Of a DNA stretch of 64,000 nt, positions 1-14,119 are shown piece after piece. The stretch spans positions 10,974,001 through 11,038,000 of the forward strand of contig NC_043005.1 in NCBI RefSeq assembly GCF_006345805.1, in the 5' to 3' direction. The notes beneath the pieces were generated by a model. That model worked only from the letters and a program-made list of their open reading frames with translations, did no database searches and had not been told where the DNA came from. Within the stretch, counting starts at the first letter, position 1. Each line of letters opens with the position of its first letter. A program made the position numbers and the translations under genes. The stretch comes from Octopus sinensis (lineage: Eukaryota).

Positions 1-1049
1 AACTGAAACAACACTGACTATCTTGTATTGTAAAAAATGCTATTTATATAAACTAATAAAGGAACCTTTGAGAAATAGCAACCAAATCTCCCTCAAATCA
101 AGCCTAACGTCTAGGAATATATTATGTCTAAAAAGAGAAGATTAAATAAACAGGATGATTGTAGGTCGGCTCGGTCAGGTCTGTCTTGAAGTACTACAGC
201 ACTAAATAATGGATTATGAATAAAGGAGAATTTACACGACAGCGCGATCTGCTAGGAAAGCACTACAAAATCTCCCTCAAATCATACACTACTGTTTTAA
301 ATAAGAGAAGAATACAGTGCATATTTTATACTTAAAAAGAAAGAAGAAATTGGTTTATCGCTGTCTGCTTAATTGGAACTGAAGCGGGTTTATTTTTAAG
401 AGACAGTGTGCGATTTGAGGGAATACGGACTTTTAGTGTAGCGTACTATATTTTGGTTGACAGTTTCCAATTGTGAAATCTTAACGTTTTAACAGACCAC
501 CCTTCAGTCTTGATAAAATATCTCCTCCCTTAGCTATAATTAAAGAAGGATGTTGTTATCACCGGGAATGTCATGCACAAACGAAAATAACAAACCAAGT
601 CTATGATATGTAACATAAAAGTAAATAAATTTAATGAAGTGAGAATCAAAAATCTAATAAGAAATAATTATACGCTGATGAAATTTCAATTAGTTTTTTG
701 TTATGCTTATTACATGAAATATGTTAACACTAACTTAACTATCGTTGTTCACGTAGACTTCATCTTTCTAAGTAATTAAACTTATTTATTTCATATATTT
801 CAAATGCTAATCTTCACGCCTCTTCGTATGCAATATTGTACATGTATCAGCATTGTGTGCTGCTAAGGTATTATAAAAATATCTTGGTTTTTTATAAAAT
901 AATCAAATCTTCAAGGCAAAGTATAAAATTAACTGTACACATTTCCTAGGTATTCTGTAGATTACTGAGCTAAGGTAGGCAACGTGTGAAACGACCCAAT
1001 AAGTTCTCACTGACTGTGAAGATTCTAAAATGGAATCTTGGAACTACAG

Positions 1050-1300
1050 GCAATCAAATTAAGAAAAATTACAAGTTTCCATTCACTAGGCGCAGTGCCT
1101 CTGTTCGGATTTTCATCCTTGGATTTATCGAAGAATGTGGATACAATCGCTAAAATTTTGAATGTGATTGTAGATGTTCAAAATGATTAGACCCCGTACT
1201 AAGGATGTTAAAACGGCTCTATGCCAGACCGCGGTTAGCTGTGTGCTCAACAACATCCCATTGGATTAGCAATATCACCCAGATCAGCTTTAGTATGATA
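1050..1300 (+). mobile_element. Highly degenerate RTE-like LINE reverse transcriptase fragment
   Basis: Frameshifted translation gives LDLSKNVDTI (cf. the D..KAFD RT motif) followed by MLKRLYARPRLAV...SHW. Weak resemblance, judged by eye. Confidence 0.3.
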
Positions 1301-1725
1301 ATTTGCTGGAAGAAGGTAAGACTTTGTTTAATGTGTGTGTAAGATAAGACGCAGGCTTGTACGTGTGCAAAGCAAGCCATTTGGTCTGAAATCTTTTGTT
1401 TGAAACTGAAGCAATTACATCAAAGAAGTGTCAGTTGGGGCATGTAATAACAGAAAAAAACTCTTAGGCAAAATCACATACAGTTTATTTCATAGTGTCA
1501 AACTTTTCGTCGCATCTTTGTGTTTTTGAATGAGTCAAAAGACTCTCCTACGATGTAATTAGCAAGAAATATTTGCACGTTAAAAAACACATACAAAAGG
1601 TGTAATGTAGTTTAATATGTCCAAACGGTTCCAGTGAACAGAAAGACTAAAATTATTCAATGTTAATCGCTATTTTAATATTTAATTTAGATTTCATCCC
1701 CAGATCACTCATAAATAATTACGCA

Positions 1726-1952
1726 TCGGCTGGCTGAAACGTTAGCATGCCGGGCGAAATGCGTAGCCGTATTTCGTCTGCCGTTACGTTCTGAGTTCAA
1801 ATTCCGCCGAGGTCGACTTTACCTTTCATCCTTTCGGGCTCGATGAATTAAGTACCATTTACGCACTGGAGTCGATGTAATCGACTCAATCCGTTTGTCT
1901 GTCCTTGTTTGTCCCCTCTGTGTTTAGCCCCTTGTGGGTAGTAAAGAAATAG
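1726..1952 (+). mobile_element. tRNA-derived SINE, family A
   Basis: Matches about 20 other copies in the window (gttctgagttcaaattccgccgaggtcgact...ccccttgtgggtagtaaagaaatag) and has a B-box-like GTTCAAATT. Confidence 0.85.
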
Positions 1953-3070
1953 ATATATATTATTTCTTATGCAAGTTTAGATTTCACAAATTTCAATTTG
2001 TTAACAAAGTTTCTATCTCCTGTTTTCTGTTATAATTCGCCTAAAGTTAGCGAGACATTTTATCAAAAGCCAAAGGTAAACATATGGAGTTAGAATTAAA
2101 TATGCGTATTTCATAACTTACCAAAAATGCTAGGCGTTCTTTCCAATACTCAAAGAATTCTATACAATATCTGTTTCACAAATTGTCAGTAAAGCATCCA
2201 CTTAGTGATTCTCCCTTTACTAATGCGGTAAGTATAGTGAAGTCAATGCTTCACTGATGAGGAATGATAATCAGAAAAATGTCCAGAGTTATCTCCCGTA
2301 TTTTCTGGAATACTTAAAGCAATATTAATAATTAAACTAATATCGTCTTTTCTTTATTACCTACATATTTCTAATTATATATATTTTTTATGCTCGTTAC
2401 ATTAGATAACACAAACTTTTCAATTGCTTATTTCTGAGATCGCGTTTCTGAGTAATTAACTTCATCAATTTACGGTTTTAATTTAACAAATTGGCAGACC
2501 TAAGATATAAGATGGAATAGAATCTTAGTTTTTTTGTGTGTATTTTTGTGTGGTTGAGCTCAGCTCATCGTGTGTGTGTGTGCATGCGTGCCCGCATATA
2601 CGTGAAATATTCTTCGCATAAGATACTAACACCTTGTAATTAGAAGGTAAGGACAACGTAGAGTTTATTCTACGCAGTCATTCGATCTGCTAGTAATAGC
2701 ACCCAGATATTCATCAGGTTATACCTTCACATTGGATAATCTAATTCTAGATACACTGTATCTCTGAGTGAAATAGAAGTCGCTCACAGCTGAAATGCCT
2801 TTGATCAAAAATTTACTGGATCGTGGACCTGAACAAAAAAGCAACCCTAAAATAAAGGCATATATAATCAATATTATTGAACTGAAGACGGTGGTGAAGT
2901 ACGGCCTAGACTGGGGTGATTGGAACCAACTAAAAACCATAGTGGATTGAATACTGGAACGGAAGTAAACAAGAAGTGGATAAAAGTGTTCTTAGAGGAG
3001 AAGAAAGGCCTCTTAAAATTCATTCAACTACCATTGTCGACGAATGAAATCGAAAAATGTATAAAGTAAG

Positions 3071-3125
<55 letters not shown>

Positions 3126-3267
3126 GCATAACAATAATCCTTTCTACTACAGGCACAAGGCCTGAAATTTTTGGGGAAAGTTATTAGCGATTATTACAAA
3201 AAGAGATGTCGCTAAGCACTTTGTCAGGTGTGCTAATGATTCTAATAATAATAATAACAATAATAAT

Positions 3268-3466
3268 CTTTTCTACTAAAGGCACAAAGCCTGAAATTTG
3301 GGGGAGGGGATAGTCGATTACATCGACCCCCACCTAATTTATCGACCCTGAAAGGATGAAAGGCAAAGTCAATCTCAGCGGAATTTGAACTCAGAACGTA
3401 GCGGCAGACGAAATACTGCTAAGTATTTTGCTCGGCGTTCTAGCGATTCTGGCCGCTCGCTACCTT
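3268..3466 (-). mobile_element. SINE family A, alternative (ggcacaaggcctgaaattt) tail
   Basis: Same head and body as family A on the minus strand; lies in (AAT)n. Confidence 0.75.
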
Positions 3467-3467
3467 A

Positions 3468-3504
<37 letters not shown>

Positions 3505-4038
3505 GGCAGTGGCTCTCATGTCTTCTGATCTTAACTGATTGGAAATGTTATCATATACATTGTTTTGTTTTGGTATAAAAGATGGGCTACAGCAAATATT
3601 CTGCTCAATACCACAGATTTGCTTGTCAGTTGTTTGACCTTAACCAGTTGAGCATGTCCCTTAGTGGCTGACGATATGTGCATCTCTGATCACGAGTAGA
3701 AGTAGTGGGGGAGCATCATAGCCATGTGTTGAGAGGGATTCTTTGGGGTTTGAATAGTTCACCTCTCGAAACATGGGTGTTTCGTTCAACATCCTAAAGT
3801 AACCCTTATTCAGGGACCTTTTGAGCAGGATGGGCTACTCGACCTGAAGAAAATTCTAACTGGGCCCCACCTGCAAGGTCATGTGCTGTTTATCTTGATA
3901 TGAAATCATGTCGTGCACATATGGTTGTGATGCCTGTGCCTGGTGTACCCTTATCAGACGGGTAGTCATGATGGGTATATTGGGCTTCGTATATTTTACT
4001 CCAGTGTCACTTTGATGGCAAGCATAGCTCACTCACTC

Positions 4039-4070
<32 letters not shown>
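3505..4070 (+). mobile_element. Probable retroposon 3' segment with (AAT)n tail
   Basis: Unique-looking block ending in an (AAT)n tail and bounded by (AAT)n. It resembles a recalled octopus repeat but is single copy here. Confidence 0.35.
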
Positions 4071-4809
4071 TGATGATTGTGATACTGTGTACATCCATCT
4101 CTGCGTTTATATTCTGTAAATTACGATAAGTGTCTTCTTTCAGGATATCAATATGGCGCTATATTTTAGAAATGTCGTTTGTTCGTTTGCGCATAATCTC
4201 TGAAATACAAAAAACAAAAACTGATTCCGAGCAAAAACTAACTTTTTTTAAAAATTACACCGTGTCATTCATGTTTATAAATCTTACTTAGCGTAACATA
4301 TGTGACATGTGTTCATTTACAATGTCAGATGTGAGAGATGGCTTGGAATTTTGAACATGGAATGTTCTTCTTCAATACGCAGGCCTCAGCAAGGGTTTTT
4401 TTTTAATGCAATGACTCTAAAAAATATCAGTTTCGTATGTAGCAAGCTTCCTCTAATCACTCCACCGATTTTACCCCAGCGGAAAAATAAAAAAAGCAAA
4501 AACAGAAAGAAAAACAAAGGCCGATGAAGCGCGATAACAGCGCCATCTTCGGTGAACTAAAAATGTCAAAATCCAGAGCAAACACTACCAAAAGATATTC
4601 TGTCCGCTCTGTTCCCAATTCTGCCAATTTACCGCCCTGCACAGGTATGTTATTATATCGATCCCGGGAAGATTAAAAGTTGAAATAATCGTAGTTTGCT
4701 TTCTTTTCATTTCTTTCTCTTTTTAGTGGGTGGGGAGATTCTAGGTTCCCTGCAAATGTACATCCGTCGCTTGCTGTATATTTAGTAGAATTAAAGAATG
4801 GCAATTGTT

Positions 4810-5256
4810 AGTACAAATATTTCAAATTTTGACACAAGGCCAACAGTTTCAAAGGAGGGAAAAGTCGATGTAATCGACTTCAGCGTTCAGCTGGTACTTA
4901 TTTTATCGACCCCGAAAGAATGTCAAGCAAAGCCAACCTTGCCGGAATTGAACTCGGAACATAAAAACGGACGAAATACCGCTAAGCAATTTTCCCAGCT
5001 TGCTAGCGATTCTGCCTGCATGTCGCCTTAGTGCAAATATCGAGATCAAATTTTAGCATAAGGCCAGCAATTTCAAGGGTGGGGCTAAGTCTATTACATC
5101 GACCCTGGTGTTTCACTGGGACTTAATTTATCGACCCCGAAAGGATGAAAGACAAAGTCGACCTCGGTGGAGTTTGAACTGGGAAGGCAAAGATGAACGA
5201 ACTACTGCTTAAGCATTTTGCCCGTCGTGCTGACCATTCTGCCAGCTCGCCGCCTT
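4810..5256 (-). mobile_element. Two adjacent diverged SINE family A copies
   Basis: Two occurrences of tatcgaccccgaaag...aagtcgacc/ggaattgaactc...cgccgcctt. Confidence 0.7.
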
Positions 5257-7215
5257 CCGTAGTTTGTAATATTGAGACGAAACTCTACGTAAGAGATCCT
5301 GACTCAGAAATGGCTGTTAAATTTGTTTCAAAGAAATATTTGCATGTTAAAAAAAGCACCCATACAAAACGTATAATGCAATTTAAAAAGGTCCAAACGG
5401 TTCCAGTGAATAGAAGACTAAAATGATACAAAATTAATCGCCATTTTCATATTTACTTTAGATTTCATCACCAGATCGCTCATAAATCATTACGCCTTGC
5501 TCGGGAACAAAATTTGCTTCGTGGGGTGCAAACCCAGACCTCAAAACTTTTACAAATAAGGTCGTGCTTTTTTTTTATTTATTTATGTTCCTTGTTCTTT
5601 GAGAAGAAACTGAATTCAAGGTACTTTTTACTGATCACGTTTTACGCACTGTTTTCTAAACCTGAGAAAAGTAAGCAGAGGTGTAGATATTGATTTGGCA
5701 CCACCTACACCCCCAGTTCCCGGGCCCATGCGCCTCTGATATATATTATTTCTTATACAAGATTAGATTTCACAAATTTCAATTCGTTAACAAAGTTTCT
5801 GTCTCCTGGTTTCTGTTATACTTTGCCTAAAGTAAGCTAGACATTTTATCAAAAGCCCATATTAGTCCTAGATAACAGAAAACGACTAGAGAATGATTGT
5901 TGGGTTGCACTTTTACTTTTAATGTCGACGAATAGACTTGGTTGATCTTGTAATCAAATATGCTAATTCTGCGAACGTACTTTAGGTAAATTGTACATCA
6001 GCTGGCAGTGACGAAGTCTGAAAGTCTTAGTCATTTATTAATCCTTCGTATTCACAGTAGATTATGTTCTCGGGTTTCAATTTCCGTCTTCCTGAAGGAG
6101 TGTCGTATCCTGTGTTAAACTTCAAAGGACATAAGGACCTGTAAATGTCTTCTAGAACCCTGGTATATTTCTCAACCAGCCAATCATTTTACTAATTGCT
6201 TGGTTTCTCACTCGCGTTCTTCTTTGTATATAAATCGTTAGAAATTCGTTCGTATATGTGTGAATATGAATAGATGTATGTACTTCAATACGATGTGGAC
6301 ATGTGTGTTTGTGGGGTGTGTGTGTGCGTATGTGACGAGACCGTTGACTTTCAAGTCAAACTTTAAAATCACTATCAACCTTTTCCTTGTGAAAATAAAT
6401 GTAATACTTTATTTATGTGGCCCTTCACTTAAATTCTGACTAGTTTTATATGTAACTATACGTAAATAAACACCTACACATATGTATACAAGTGAGTGTG
6501 TTTGTATGGTCGGATGAATCTATGTATATGAATACACACACACACACACACACAAGTTAATGCATTTTATTTAGCTGCTATCCAATATCCACATCTGTTC
6601 TGAGAACTAAATCTTGTGACCAAATATATTTATAATCCAAGTAATAACTACTTGCTTCCGCTTTTTTTTAATTTAAGGTGACGTCACGTCTGTGTCACTG
6701 GCTTCAAACCAGCCGATGTACTCCTGTACGCCAGTGGTGTTCTGATTATAATGCAATGAGCTTTTCCGTATTTTTTTTTTCAGACTATTTACACAAATAT
6801 ATTTTTTCTGTAGGCAACCTAAGATTCGTCTTTAGATCGCCAGAAAGAAATAACTTAGACAGATATGTTGTAAGTCCTCTGCAAACTTCAAGACCTCTAT
6901 TGAGGTGAAGTGTTACTCATATGTCTGTGATAGTCCAACAACACGACTTCATCGATATGCAAAGGAAGGACATTCAGCTGACAGGTAAAGAATCACTCAG
7001 TAACACACCGTAGCTATTGGTTCGCTGGCAATGAGTTTAATTCTTGCACTCCTTTTAGTAATTCTACAGCGCACTCTACTCTTCTGGATACCTTCTCTAC
7101 TCAGGTTTATCCGACTCTCTCTCTCTCTCTCTCTCTCTCTAACTGACTCGTTCTCTCTCTCTCTCTCCTCTCTCTCTCTCTAACTGACTCGTTCTCTCTC
7201 TCTCTCTCTCACTCA

Positions 7216-7254
<39 letters not shown>

Positions 7255-10200
7255 GCTCGCTCGTTCCCTCGCGTTCGGCATCCTATTCCGCGTCTCTCAC
7301 AGAATCCACACGAAACGTTTCAAACAGTTTTCCGCGACCGTTTGGTATCACTCAACGAAGAAACCTTTACGTGATCTACCGACCTGCCAGAAATTCCAGC
7401 TAAATCTCACTCAAATCACTTTCAACCTTTCAAGTAAAGAAAGAATACTTTGGATTAGAATGTTTTCGCTTCGGTGCAATCGGCCTCATTCTCTTAATAT
7501 CCCATATTTCTCACATTCCCTTCTAAAATTCTTACATAAAAAGACGGAATGGTCACAGCTGGAATGCCTTTGCTCCATTATGGTTGACCTGGCGCTAAAT
7601 ATGTACACATCCTTACGCACCCTTAAAATGAAGGGACAGTCACAGCTGACATGTACTTGACCCTATATCTGCTCGATGAGGGTTGACGCAAGGCTGAACA
7701 GCACTGATTCGCAGTTCACTTACTTATTGTTCACAAACACCAAGACCACCCACCCTTAGCTGCACATGGAGTCCTAGAAGAAGCTACAGACACTGCTCTT
7801 CTTTCTCAGATTAACAAACAGAGATGCAGATCTCTCTGTCAAGTATTGTCGTTATCAAGACTGTTATACGACTATAGTACCATATCAAAGTATTTGTGTC
7901 TGATGTTGTTGTTTAGTTTCAGGTCAACCCGAATCAAGCAGATCTATGGATAAAAATCGTTCCAGAAGGGACCATCCTTATGAAATAGTAAGATGTAATC
8001 TGAAGGAGATTTGGCTGCTGTTTCTAGAAGACCGAGCAATCACATAAAGGTTCCTTCATTGGCTCTTGTGGCTGATATATATCATATTGTTTATTCAAGT
8101 GAAGACAGAAAACTTGTAAAAACTTCATGCTGTATATAATTTAGTCAATGGAAAACAGGAATGTACCATTCTCTGCTGCAGAGTAAAATATTACACCAGC
8201 TAAGAATAAGGAAATATATTTAGGATATTAAATGAACGGAGCCGATAGCACCGAAGCGAAAATTTTCTTTCACTTGGTCTCTGTTGCATACATTATCCAT
8301 GAATAAACTGGTAGGTATAACAACGTACATTGATTATATATCGGGCATATATATAAATGCCAGGAAGTTTAATTGTCTTTGTATCGTGAGGATTGTGATG
8401 AAGCGAGAATTAATCAGAAATTAATCATGTCAACAGCATTTGGAACTGAGGGAAGCTTATCAGATTTCATTTTTATAAGATTATAACTTTCATTTGTATC
8501 TAAGTATTTTCGTGATGGTTTCCTTTTTGTCTGTGGGTGCGCGCGTATACGGGTGGGTGTATATGTGTTGTTGTTTTTTTGTTTACTTTGTCAAAATTGA
8601 TTTATAAATGCGAGTAATTCGTCTTCAACTTTAACTAAATCATGAGAACTACTTTCGAATTACTTTTGAAGTAACCTATTTTGTAAAATTGCTAATAATC
8701 CTCACCACATTTACTCTACTCTTTTAAGTGCGGAAACTGATTCAAATCCTCATTTTCTAGCTGAGAGATTAACAGCTTTAATTTCATCTTAAATGCATTG
8801 ATATCAGTTACTAAGTGTATGAAGCAATTTCTTCTTACAGTTTCAAATTTCGATCAGTGAGTTGGCTCAGGCAGCCAATTATTATTACATAGAATTCCTA
8901 ATTTTCTTCTCCACTAGAGAAAAGGCAATGGTTTGTTTTTCTTTTGTGTTTTTTTTTCTTTTTTTGACCAACACCAGAACAATTTCATACAACGATTCTT
9001 TCATCGCCAAACTTTTTCAACTTCTTTTACCAAAATATTTTGTCTTCTTTTGATTTCTTTTTCTCATTATTTCCCGTAACTCAGAACAAAGCTCTAGCTT
9101 TAGTTTTACTTCTATTTTAATCTGATATGTTGTTTAGAGTCTCTTAAAATTATGTTTTCTAGTATGTGAAAAAATATTTTTTACCAACAGTGCATCGCTT
9201 TTTTTTTTCCTTCAGATGTGATACCCATTATCAGAGCTCGATTTCTCGTGGATGACCGGATTCATGTTTACTGTGTCTTTCTGCTTTTCCTTTTGTTTAT
9301 TTTGTTTTGCACAGGGATAGGAAAATGAACAAATTTTCGGAAAAAGTACAAACCCACAAATGTTTACAAAAGAAGAACGAAGCACAGCTTTGTAGCTTGG
9401 AAGTCTCGACTGGAATAAAAGAGGCGTGTGAGTGGCTTTAGCTGCAACTTCTGAGTAGAAGCAACTATAAAATGTGTAATGAGCAATTATGGACCTGCGG
9501 TGGTGACAGCGGTAAGGTCTGTCATTTGGTTACTCCCACAAACTGGAGGAGTATACCAGATGTGTGTGCAGAGAGCGGAAAGGAAATAGTCAAGTAGGGT
9601 ATCGGCGGTATTGCGCTTACGAATAGGAGTGTAACGTACCTTTTACAACCATTCTGTCAACCAGTTTTGACCCATGCACCATAGATTTGTAATCCCAGGC
9701 TTGGGAACTAACCACATATGAAAATTGTTCTTAGGAATGGTGACAACTTCAGCCGTCTGTGACTGCAACTTGTAAACTTACGACACAACAGTAGCGATGG
9801 TGATACAATCCGGAGAAAGATCTCGACAATACAAAATATTATTGCCAAAAATTGAAGTTTCGCATCCTCTCGGTGATTCTCTTGACCAACATATGAACAA
9901 ACCACAGAAAATTTAACCACAGAAAATATGAACAAACCACAGAAAAGTTTTGAAGGATACTGGTTTACCTACTTCCAAAGATGGGTAATTCTTAGGTGTT
10001 TGCAAATAATGTTTAACTAAACCTTTATTATTCATTTTAATTTTCATTTATTGTACTCGACAGCTTACTCTGTTGCCTATGCTATTCACCGAAATACCAG
10101 TTTCTATTAGAATGTATTCAGTTTATTTCTATTGCTTGCTTTGTACAAATATTAATGAAATAATTACTTCGTCAACATGTACTGTATCTATAGGAATTCA

Positions 10201-10624
10201 TTCACTTTTATTGTAATTTGCTGCTTGCTTTGTATAAGCTTTTACCGATATGTTTACTTTGTATCCATGTACTAGTAAACACTGATACCAATGTACGAAA
10301 TTTCTTTTCAGCGACAGTAAATTTAATTCATTTTCCGTTTTTTCAATTTATTTTCCTAATAGACTTCTCTGTACGATTTCGTACTTAATTCTATATGTAT
10401 CGCATTTCCACGCACAAATTGTATTTGTATGTTCAAATACTTAATTCCAGTATATATTGTATTTACATGTTTCTTCTCAAAACCACTTTAGAATCACTTC
10501 GGCTACACATGTGATGGAATGTGTTAAAATTATTTTCCCTCGCCACTACGAAAGGAGTTGCATGCTATGTAAACCCACATTTGTGCCTATATACATAAGA
10601 CGGGTTCCGTCACAGTTTTCGTCC

Positions 10625-10774
10625 AGCTGCGTGGTAAGAAGTTTGCTTCCCAACCACGTGGTTGTGAGTTCAGTCCTTGCTTGGTACTTTGAGCAAGTGT
10701 CTTCTACTATAGTTTCGTATCAACCAAAGCCTTGTAAGTGAATCTGGTAGACGGAAAGTGAAAGAAACTCATCG

Positions 10775-10806
<32 letters not shown>

Positions 10807-10822
10807 ATATATATTATACATA

Positions 10823-10872
<50 letters not shown>

Positions 10873-11085
10873 GTGTGTGTGTGTGACTCACTACTGCTTG
10901 ACAACCGGTGTTGGTGAATTTACGTCTCGTTGCCTAGCGGTTTCGTAAAAGAGACTCAAAAATATAAGCATCAGGCTTAAAAAATTAAAACTGGGATCGA
11001 TTCGTTCGACAAAAAATTCTTGAAGCTGGTGCCCCAGTATGGTCGCTGTCTAATGAGTGAAATAAGCTAAAGATATAAGATACTA
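10625..11085 (+). mobile_element. tRNA-derived SINE, family B (diverged), with internal (TA)n(TG)n
   Basis: Head gctgcgtggtaag...gttcagtcc, body gagcaagtgtcttctactatag, and tail homologous to the other B copies. Confidence 0.7.
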
Positions 11086-11250
11086 AGTTTCACTCAGAAA
11101 CCACTGATCGATCCGAGGAAATGTGATCTAATCGGGGATCACCTGGCTGCAAAGCGAACTTCTTAATCACACAGCCATGTATATACCCGAACTGACACTA
11201 CAACAAACTTGTTATTTCATGGAGGGATTAATTACTCAAAACAATGGTCT

Positions 11251-11617
11251 TTTGTATTCTAGGTACAAGGCCCGAAATTTTTGGGGGAACCGGTACTTAA
11301 TTTATTGACCCCGAAAGGATGAAAAGCAAAGTCGACCTCGGTGGAATTTGAACTCACAACGTCAAGACAGACGAAATACCTATTTCTTTACTACCCACAA
11401 GGGGCTACACACAGAGAGGACAAACAAAGACAGATAAACGGATTAAGTCGATTACATCGACCCCAATGCGTAACTGGTACTTATTTTATCAACCCCGAAA
11501 GGATGAAAGGCAAAGTCGACCTCGGCGGAATTTGAACTCAGAACGTAAAGACAGACGAAATACGGCTACGCATTTCGCCCGACGTGCTAATGTTTCTGCC
11601 AGCTCGCCGCCTTTTCG
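11251..11617 (-). mobile_element. SINE family A dimer (head-body-tail1-body-tail2)
   Basis: The body occurs twice with a junction at 11379/11380. A 13-bp TSD aaaacaatggtct (11238-11250, 11618-11630) flanks the whole dimer. Confidence 0.85.
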
Positions 11618-11747
11618 AAAACAATGGTCTAACTAGGGTTTCTTGTTGTGTAAAAGGAATTATATTTCAGGAGACGCACGTTTAAAGGTAATTTGGAAGT
11701 AGAAGGTATATCAGATATCCAATCAATTGGTTACAATGTGTAACAGG

Positions 11748-11977
11748 CGGCGAGCTGGCTGAATCGGTAGCGCGCCGGGCGAAATGCTTTGCGGTATTTC
11801 GTCTGCCGTTACGTTCTGAGTTCAAATTCCGCCGAGGTCGACTTTGCCTTTCATCCTTTCGGGGTCGATAAATTAAGTACCAGTTACGCCCTGGAGTCGA
11901 TATAATCGACTTAATCCCCTTTGTCTGTCCTTGTTTGTCGTCTCTGTGTTTAGCTCCTTGTGGGTAGTAAAGAAATA
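11748..11977 (+). mobile_element. SINE family A, full length
   Basis: Consensus-like copy; the direct repeat ggttacaatgtgtaacagg flanks it (11729-11747, 11978-11996). Confidence 0.9.
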
Positions 11978-12184
11978 GGTTACAATGTGTAACAGGAAAT
12001 TGTATTTCTTTCTGTATAACTATGGAGCTGCCTCCAGCGGACCTGTGAACATTAAAAATTAGAAGAGGGAAATTGCCGTTTAATATGCTTAAGATGGCTT
12101 TTCAATTTTATAACTTGGATGCTGACTCTATCTTCTTTTCCTGTTAATGGACAGTCGTGGGAAGCAAAGTATTTTTCCGCATAT

Positions 12185-12640
12185 ACATTCACACACACAC
12201 ACACACACGTATGCACACACTCACACACACACTCTTACACACACTCACACACACACACTCACACACACACACACACACTCACACACACACACACACACTC
12301 ACACACACAACACACACACACACAACACACTCACACACACTCACACACACACACTCACACACCACACACACACACACAACACACGTATGCACACACTCAA
12401 CACACACTCTTACACACACTCACACACACACACTCACACACACACACCACACACACACACACACACACACTCACACACACACACTCACACACACACAAAC
12501 ACACTCACAGACACACTCACACACACACACTCACAGACACACACACTCACACACACACTCACACACACACACACACTCACACTCACACACACACACACAC
12601 ACACACATACACTCACACACACTCACACACATTCACACTC
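12185..12640. repeat. Degenerate (CA)n/(CACT) microsatellite
   Basis: About 450 bp of CA-rich repeat; source of the His/Thr ORFs. Confidence 0.95.
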
Positions 12641-13049
12641 AAACATTGATGAGAAACCATCATAAATATTTATAAACTTCCTGAGAATTTTGAATAATTC
12701 TTTGTGTTTTTTTTTGTGTGTGTTTCTTTTTTTTTAATGGTGGATCGCAAAGCAGACAAAGGTACAAACAATGGCATGTAAATATTGGTTACCAAAAAGC
12801 CCTTCGATAGAAAATGTCGAAGAGTACTCGTGGGACACGAACTCCCATCTGTTATGCAAGAAATAGCTGCCAAATCTCTCTTAAAGTACACAATGGATAA
12901 TGTAATCTCAGATATCATGAAAGAGAGGATGGTCAAGGCTGGAACGATTTCAATCAGAGATCTATCTAGTCAGAAGTGACAGTTATGGATATGAGGTCAT
13001 TTTGGCTTCAGGCAGATGAACTTCACGAGCTGTGGTGGACGTTGTGTAC

Positions 13050-13760
13050 GTCTGTTTCTTGGTGTTTGATGATGATGATAATAATAATGATAATAATAAT
13101 AATAATAATAATAAAGGTGAGGATGATGATGAGGAAGAGGAGGTGAAAGAAGTGGAGGAAGAGAATGTCTATGAGGATATTGATGATGATGATGGTGGTG
13201 ATGGTGGATCTGTTCAGTTTCGCTCACAGATCAGAGTGGTGACATTTAGTAGAGATGACCCGGAAGTTGTTCCTTTTCGATTACTATCGCAAACAGCAGT
13301 AGCTTTCTTCAACTGAATATACGTCGTTGATTGGTTAAAATTACCCAAATACGACAAAATTTTAACCCGAAATAACTTTTAAAACAGGAGATTTTGTCAA
13401 AAATGTAGAAAGTAAACCGTGTTCAATGTGAGAAATTACACCAGTATACAAAGTTTGAAACTGTTAATAAAAAAAAAAATTTAATTTGCGGGCGAAACCG
13501 AACAGATCCACGCTGGTGATGATGACGATAACGATGATGATGATGAGGAGGAGGAGGAGAGGAAGAGGAGGTGAAAGAAGTGGAGGAAGATAATGTCTAT
13601 GACGATCATGGTGGTGATGGTCGTGGTGGTGATGGTGGTGATGGAGATAACGGTAATGGCAGTGGCGTTGCTGATGCTGATGTTCTGGGCAATCACATTG
13701 TTGCACTCAGTGGGTTTGTCTGTATTGTTGTTGTTGTTGTTGCTTAACCTCATCACAAAC
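13050..13760. repeat. (GAT/AAT/GAG/GGT) low-complexity blocks flanking a MITE
   Basis: Trinucleotide-rich sequence; the segment gaggaagaggaggtgaaagaagtggaggaag..aatgtctatga occurs on both sides of 13206-13509. Confidence 0.85.
13206..13509. mobile_element. MITE with GGATC-ended TIRs, sibling of the 21607/45843 family
   Basis: TIR ggatctgttcagtttcgc / gcgaaaccgaacagatcc. The interior shares acgtc.ttgattggtt.aaatt and accagtata.aagttt.aaac with the 21607 element. The 8-bp flanks match only 5/8. Confidence 0.55.
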
Positions 13761-14119
13761 TCGACATCCGGCAGCAACACTGTAGCCAAAGGTATTCAAG
13801 TCACATCAGCTCTTTTTTTTTTCAAGGATAACTAATACTGAATTCCCTTCTTACTAAAATCATAAAGACATTACTTGAGCGAGATTTCCTTGCTATTTGT
13901 CATACTTCAAGCATTCGTGTAGCCGCAGCGGTTCACTTGCAATATTTCCTCTGCGTCCTAAGTTCAAATTTGGTGCGTCTTGGTCAACTTTGCCTTTCAT
14001 TCTTTCCGAGTCTACAAAATAATGCACCAGTCGATTATTAAAAACAGTAATCTGTTATTTGAAGGAGATTTGGTTAATTTTTGCTGTAGGTTAAATAATC
14101 ATGTTGCTTTTCTCTTGCA

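Noticed and set aside
6679-6686. Perfect CRE TGACGTCA (also 39569-39576)
   Set aside because: One or two 8-mer hits in 64 kb are near chance expectation.
12119-12675. Three 170-aa His/Thr ORFs (and similar YI, HT and CV ORFs throughout the window)
   Set aside because: Microsatellite artefacts.
12785-12979. 64-aa ORF in apparently unique sequence
   Set aside because: Contains the decayed dispersed motif agaaatagc.gccaaatctc seen at several other places in the window; no splice or homology support.
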